This document shows, in pieces, positions 28,619-32,000 of a stretch of 32,000 nucleotides of DNA. Position numbers and translations under genes: made by a program. The stretch spans positions 93,887-125,886 of the forward strand of contig CAQUUC010000002.1 of the NCBI GenBank assembly GCA_948896235.1, given 5' to 3'. This DNA is from an uncultured Clostridia bacterium (GTDB lineage: Bacteria > Bacillota > Clostridia > TANB77 > CAG-508). The notes beneath the pieces are model-generated. The model saw only the letters and a list, made by a program, of their open reading frames with translations. It was not told where the DNA came from and made no database searches. Numbering within the stretch: position 1 is the first letter of the stretch; every line of letters begins with the position of its first letter.

Positions 28619-29683
28619 CTATTTTCTTACAATTTCTAAAAATTCATCAAATAAATAACTTGAATCTTCTGGTCCTGGACATGCTTCTGGATGGTATTGC
28701 ACTGTCATAATATTTTTTCCAATATATCTTAATCCTTCTACTGTTCCATCATTTATATTTATGTGTGATATTTCTGCAACATTAGGATTTATACTATCAT
28801 CTTTTATCGCATAACCATGATTTTGTGATGTAATACATACTCTACCAGTATTAAGGTCTTTTACTGGGTGGTTTGGTCCACGGTGCCCATATTTTAGTTT
28901 ATATGTTTTTGCACCTGTAGCAAGTCCCATTAATTGATGTCCCAAACATATTCCAAGTATTGGCATATTAGATTCATATAATTTTTTAATATTTTCTATT
29001 GCAACTGTGCAATCTTCTGGGTTTCCTGGTCCATTTGAAAGAACTATTCCATCAAATTCTCCAGTCAAGAGTTTAGAATAATGCGTGTCCTGTGGAAATA
29101 CAGTAACTTCGCAATCTCTATGTAATAAAGAATTTATAATATTTTGCTTTGCACCAAAATCAAGTAATGCTATTTTTGTTTTTCCATTTCCTATTTTATA
29201 AAATTCATTTGAAGTAACTTTTTCTACTAAATTAGATATCTCGTAATTTTTTATTTCTTCTAATATAGCATCTATATTAGATATGTCATTTGTAATTTTC
29301 CCCTTCATTGTTCCTACTGTTCTTAACATTTTTGTAAGACTTCTTGTATTAACTCCTTGTAAGCCTGGAATTCCATTTTCTTCCAAAAACTTTAAAATGT
29401 GCATTTTACTTCTAAAATTGCTTTCCATTTCTGCAATTTCATGAACAAATACTGCTTCTACCCAAGGTTTTCTTGATTCCTGATCTTCTTTTGTTAATCC
29501 GTAATTTCCTATTAGTGGATATGTCATTACAACTCCTTGTCCGGCATATGATGGATCTGTGAATATTTCTAAATATCCTGTCATTGAAGTATTAAATACT
29601 ACTTCACAAATAGTATCAACATTTGCTCCTATTCTCTCTCCACTAAAAACGCTACCATTTTCTAAAACTAAATAGCCTTTCAT
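28619..29683 (-). CDS. carA: carbamoyl-phosphate synthase small (glutaminase) subunit CarA
   Basis: VFNTSMTGYLEIFTDPSYAGQ, the catalytic GICLGHQL and the HGYA/HPE triad region. AGGAGG RBS. Its stop lies 19 nt before the carB start. Confidence 0.95.
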   Translation of the reverse strand: MKGYLVLENGSVFSGERIGANVDTICEVVFNTSMTGYLEIFTDPSYAGQGVVMTYPLIGNYGLTKEDQESRKPWVEAVFVHEIAEMESNFRSKMHILKFLEENGIPGLQGVNTRSLTKMLRTVGTMKGKITNDISNIDAILEEIKNYEISNLVEKVTSNEFYKIGNGKTKIALLDFGAKQNIINSLLHRDCEVTVFPQDTHYSKLLTGEFDGIVLSNGPGNPEDCTVAIENIKKLYESNMPILGICLGHQLMGLATGAKTYKLKYGHRGPNHPVKDLNTGRVCITSQNHGYAIKDDSINPNVAEISHININDGTVEGLRYIGKNIMTVQYHPEACPGPEDSSYLFDEFLEIVRK

Positions 29684-29928
29684 GATAACCTCCTATTTTA
29701 TTTTTTTCCTAAATTCTATCTTACCATATATAGAGAAAAAAGCAAATATTTTATCGAAAAATATTTAAAAATATTTTTTTGTCTTTTTAGGTTTTTTTGC
29801 CAACTTTTACATTTACCTATGCTATTATCTTATTCAAGAGAAGTAAACATTGGGCTTTATATTTTACTAAAAGGAGGTGAAACCCCAATGGAAAGTATAA
29901 TTAGTGCTATTAATATATTATTAATGAA

Positions 29929-30162
29929 ATGAAACCGTGTATTATGGATGAAACAACACAAACTAATCAACGTATTGACTCTCTTGAAAAAAAATTCAAC
30001 AACAAGTTTGATACTCTTGAAGAAAAAGTTGATAATAATTCTAATAATATCATTAACATTTTAAATACTACTTCTAAAGTACAAAAATATATTACAGAAC
30101 TACGCAAAACTGTTTATAGTTTAGAAAAAGATCCCCGAAAACAATTAAAAAAATTATTATAA
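29929..30162 (+). CDS. hypothetical 77-aa coiled-coil protein (weak call)
   Basis: AT-rich ORF. No good RBS of its own, but its ATG overlaps (ATGA) the stop of a 14-codon ORF at 29888-29932 that has a strong AAGGAGGTGA RBS. A weak hairpin follows. Confidence 0.35.
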   Translation: MKPCIMDETTQTNQRIDSLEKKFNNKFDTLEEKVDNNSNNIINILNTTSKVQKYITELRKTVYSLEKDPRKQLKKLL

Positions 30163-30169
30163 TATTATA

Positions 30170-30198
30170 AAACCCATCTAAAATTTTTAGAAGGGTTT
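30170..30198. terminator. weak hairpin between convergent small genes
   Basis: aacccatctaaaa / ttttagaagggtt with one mismatch and T-rich flanks. Confidence 0.3.
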
Positions 30199-30200
30199 TG

Positions 30201-30485
30201 TTATTTACATTGTCTCTGTATTTCAACTGCATCTTCAAATCCTTGTTTATAATATTTTTTATTATAATATGCAAGCATTATATTATAATCCGCCACTAAA
30301 TTGTCTATGTCACTAAGTATTTTTTCTTTATTTGCTTGGGGTACACAAGAAATTAAACTTTCTATTTCTTCTCTTTTTACTCCCTTTACTCTATTCTTTA
30401 AGAAAGACATATCTGCTTGTATATCTTTAATACCATCTTCTTCTCGAATTTTAAATAACTCATCTATTAATTTGTATTCTTCCAT
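30201..30485 (-). CDS. hypothetical 94-aa protein
   Basis: ORF with ATG 30485 about 8 nt after AGAGAG. Helical, charged sequence (MEEYKLIDELFKIREEDGIKD...). I recognise no family. Confidence 0.45.
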   Translation of the reverse strand: MEEYKLIDELFKIREEDGIKDIQADMSFLKNRVKGVKREEIESLISCVPQANKEKILSDIDNLVADYNIMLAYYNKKYYKQGFEDAVEIQRQCK

Positions 30486-30595
30486 AATTAACACTCTCTT
30501 TCTTTATAATTTCTATAATTATATTATTGCTAAATTATGGATTTTTATACTTAAAAAAAACTGTTAAAATCCATGTTTAACAGTTTCTTATTATA

Positions 30596-31462
30596 TTATT
30601 TATATAAATATTTTGATGGATCTATATATTTACCATTTTGTCTTATTTCAAAATGTAGGTGTGGCCCTGTTGAATTTCCTGTATTTCCCACTTCGGCAAT
30701 TATATCTTCTGCATTAACCTTCTCTCCAACTTTTGCAATAAGCTTACTACAATGCCCATAATATGTTGTTATACCATTTCCATGATCTATTATTATTAAA
30801 TTTCCGTATCCACCCATTTCTCCTGAGTGTATTATTTTTCCATCTGCTACTGCTTTTATCTTAGTTCCTATTTTGGCTGCAATATCTAATCCTTGATGTG
30901 TATGATCTCTTATAGATTCTCTTGCACCATACCTTGATGTGATATGTCCTGAAATAGGATTTACGCTTAAGTAAACTCCATTTATTGTGGCTTCTTCCTT
31001 CCTTTTTTCTTCTTTTATTTCATCATATATTTCATTTGATATAGAAGCAATTTGTACTTCTTGTTCTACTTGTAAGTTTTTAGTATATACTGTACTTACA
31101 CTAATATTTATATCTTCTCCAAGTTTTGTTTTTAATTCTTCTAGAACTTGTTTTGCTTGTTCTTCTGTTTTTAAATATTTTCTTTCTACTCCATTTACAT
31201 TTACTGCATACATATAATAGGTTATATCTGCTTTTTCTTTTATTGCAACAAATACTTCTCCTTCGTCTGTTTCTTTATTTTTTTCAATTAATTTGTATGA
31301 GTATCTAATTTTAAAATTTATATCTGAAAAAGCTATATTTTCCTCTTCATTGTTATAAAGATTTTCTTTTATAAATTTCTCAAATGATTTTTTATTTTCT
31401 ACGCATCCTATTTCTTGTTCATCAACATATACAGAACATACTGGCTTAAATTTTATTAACAT
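30596..31462 (-). CDS. M23/LytM-family peptidoglycan endopeptidase (true start probably upstream, up to 31558)
   Basis: C-terminal M23 signature: HQGLDIAAKIGTKIKAVADGKII...GYGNLIIIDHGNGITTYYGHCS...GNTGNSTGPHLHFEIRQNGKYIDP. The frame stays open 32 codons upstream of ATG 31462 and encodes a TM anchor. Confidence 0.8.
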   Translation of the reverse strand: MLIKFKPVCSVYVDEQEIGCVENKKSFEKFIKENLYNNEEENIAFSDINFKIRYSYKLIEKNKETDEGEVFVAIKEKADITYYMYAVNVNGVERKYLKTEEQAKQVLEELKTKLGEDINISVSTVYTKNLQVEQEVQIASISNEIYDEIKEEKRKEEATINGVYLSVNPISGHITSRYGARESIRDHTHQGLDIAAKIGTKIKAVADGKIIHSGEMGGYGNLIIIDHGNGITTYYGHCSKLIAKVGEKVNAEDIIAEVGNTGNSTGPHLHFEIRQNGKYIDPSKYLYK

Positions 31463-31749
31463 TATTGCAGTTATTATAAATATTCCTATTGCTATTATAT
31501 TTGTAAGCTTTATAATTTCTTTTGTATAATATTTTATAGTTTTGCTTAAAATATAAATTCACTCTCCTTTTTTTATGCAAATATTTTTTTATTATACACT
31601 ATATTTTGTACTTTTTCAATTTATGTATACCTAGATTGTCCTATTTTTTTAATTTTTACCTAATTGTATTGGTAATTATTTGATTTTTTGTCGTTATTTT
31701 CTTTATTTTACTCTTATTTTCTCTGTTTTTTGCTGATTTTGATATATAG

Positions 31750-31777
31750 AAAAAGCCCCGCTAAACTTCAGCGGGAC
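31750..31777 (-). terminator. GC-rich terminator of the 60-aa orphan gene
   Basis: Minus strand GTCCCGCT GAAGTTT AGCGGGGC followed by TTTTTC, 10 nt past the stop. Confidence 0.6.
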
Positions 31778-31786
31778 TTCCTGCTA

Positions 31787-31969
31787 TTAAAAATGCTTAT
31801 GGCTGGTCATCTTAATAGCCTTCTGCCGGTTTCTCACCTTGTCGTTTAACAGCCGAATTATGCTACCTACTTGTCGCAATTCTTCCTCATTCATGCTGCC
31901 AATACAACTTTCCAATTCGCCAACAGCCATTGCTTTGATGTCTAATTTGACATCAAGTTTCTTTCCCAT
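31787..31969 (-). CDS. hypothetical 60-aa protein on a GC-richer cassette
   Basis: AGGAGGTACATCAT ATG RBS and a GC-rich terminator. Composition is richer in G+C than the flanks. In-frame CGG read as Arg (AAC CGG CAG). I recognise no family. Confidence 0.45.
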   Translation of the reverse strand: MGKKLDVKLDIKAMAVGELESCIGSMNEEELRQVGSIIRLLNDKVRNRQKAIKMTSHKHF

Positions 31970-32000
31970 ATGATGTACCTCCTAGGTTGTATTTTTTAAT

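Overview
Low-GC (by eye mid-20s % G+C) Firmicutes/Clostridia-type chromosomal segment, transcribed almost entirely from the minus strand. The left third (1-11.9 kb) is an accessory surface-protein island. It holds a secreted transglutaminase-like protein that runs off the window, a 2644-aa dockerin-bearing GLUG/HExxH Zmp-like metalloprotease, and a cohesin+dockerin adaptor protein. The centre holds the head of the dcw cluster (mraZ with promoter and a 3x AAAGTGGT operator, rsmH, ftsL, class B PBP). It also holds a solitary mazF, a membrane-anchored hypothetical, dusB, rodA, minE, minD, rsmA/ksgA and an HD hydrolase. The right third holds a YgjP-like metallohydrolase, carB-carA, small hypotheticals and an M23 peptidase. 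I recognised no rRNA, tRNA, CRISPR array, transposase or integrase. The main result concerns reading-frame breaks. PBP, rsmH, rodA (twice), carB (twice) and a hypothetical gene are each interrupted by a +1 frame jump. All seven jumps lie exactly on an in-frame CGG codon whose overlapping GGN encodes a conserved glycine. I found no in-frame CGG elsewhere in about 9,200 native codons. This fits codon-specific +1 recoding or four-base (CGGN) decoding; a very unusual systematic sequence artefact is the alternative. A second result is three GC-richer single-gene cassettes (83, 189 and 60 aa orphans) with their own GC-rich terminators; two also have near-consensus promoters, and the third's upstream region is off-window. 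They are embedded in the AT-rich backbone and use CGG as an ordinary Arg codon, which conflicts with the native pattern.
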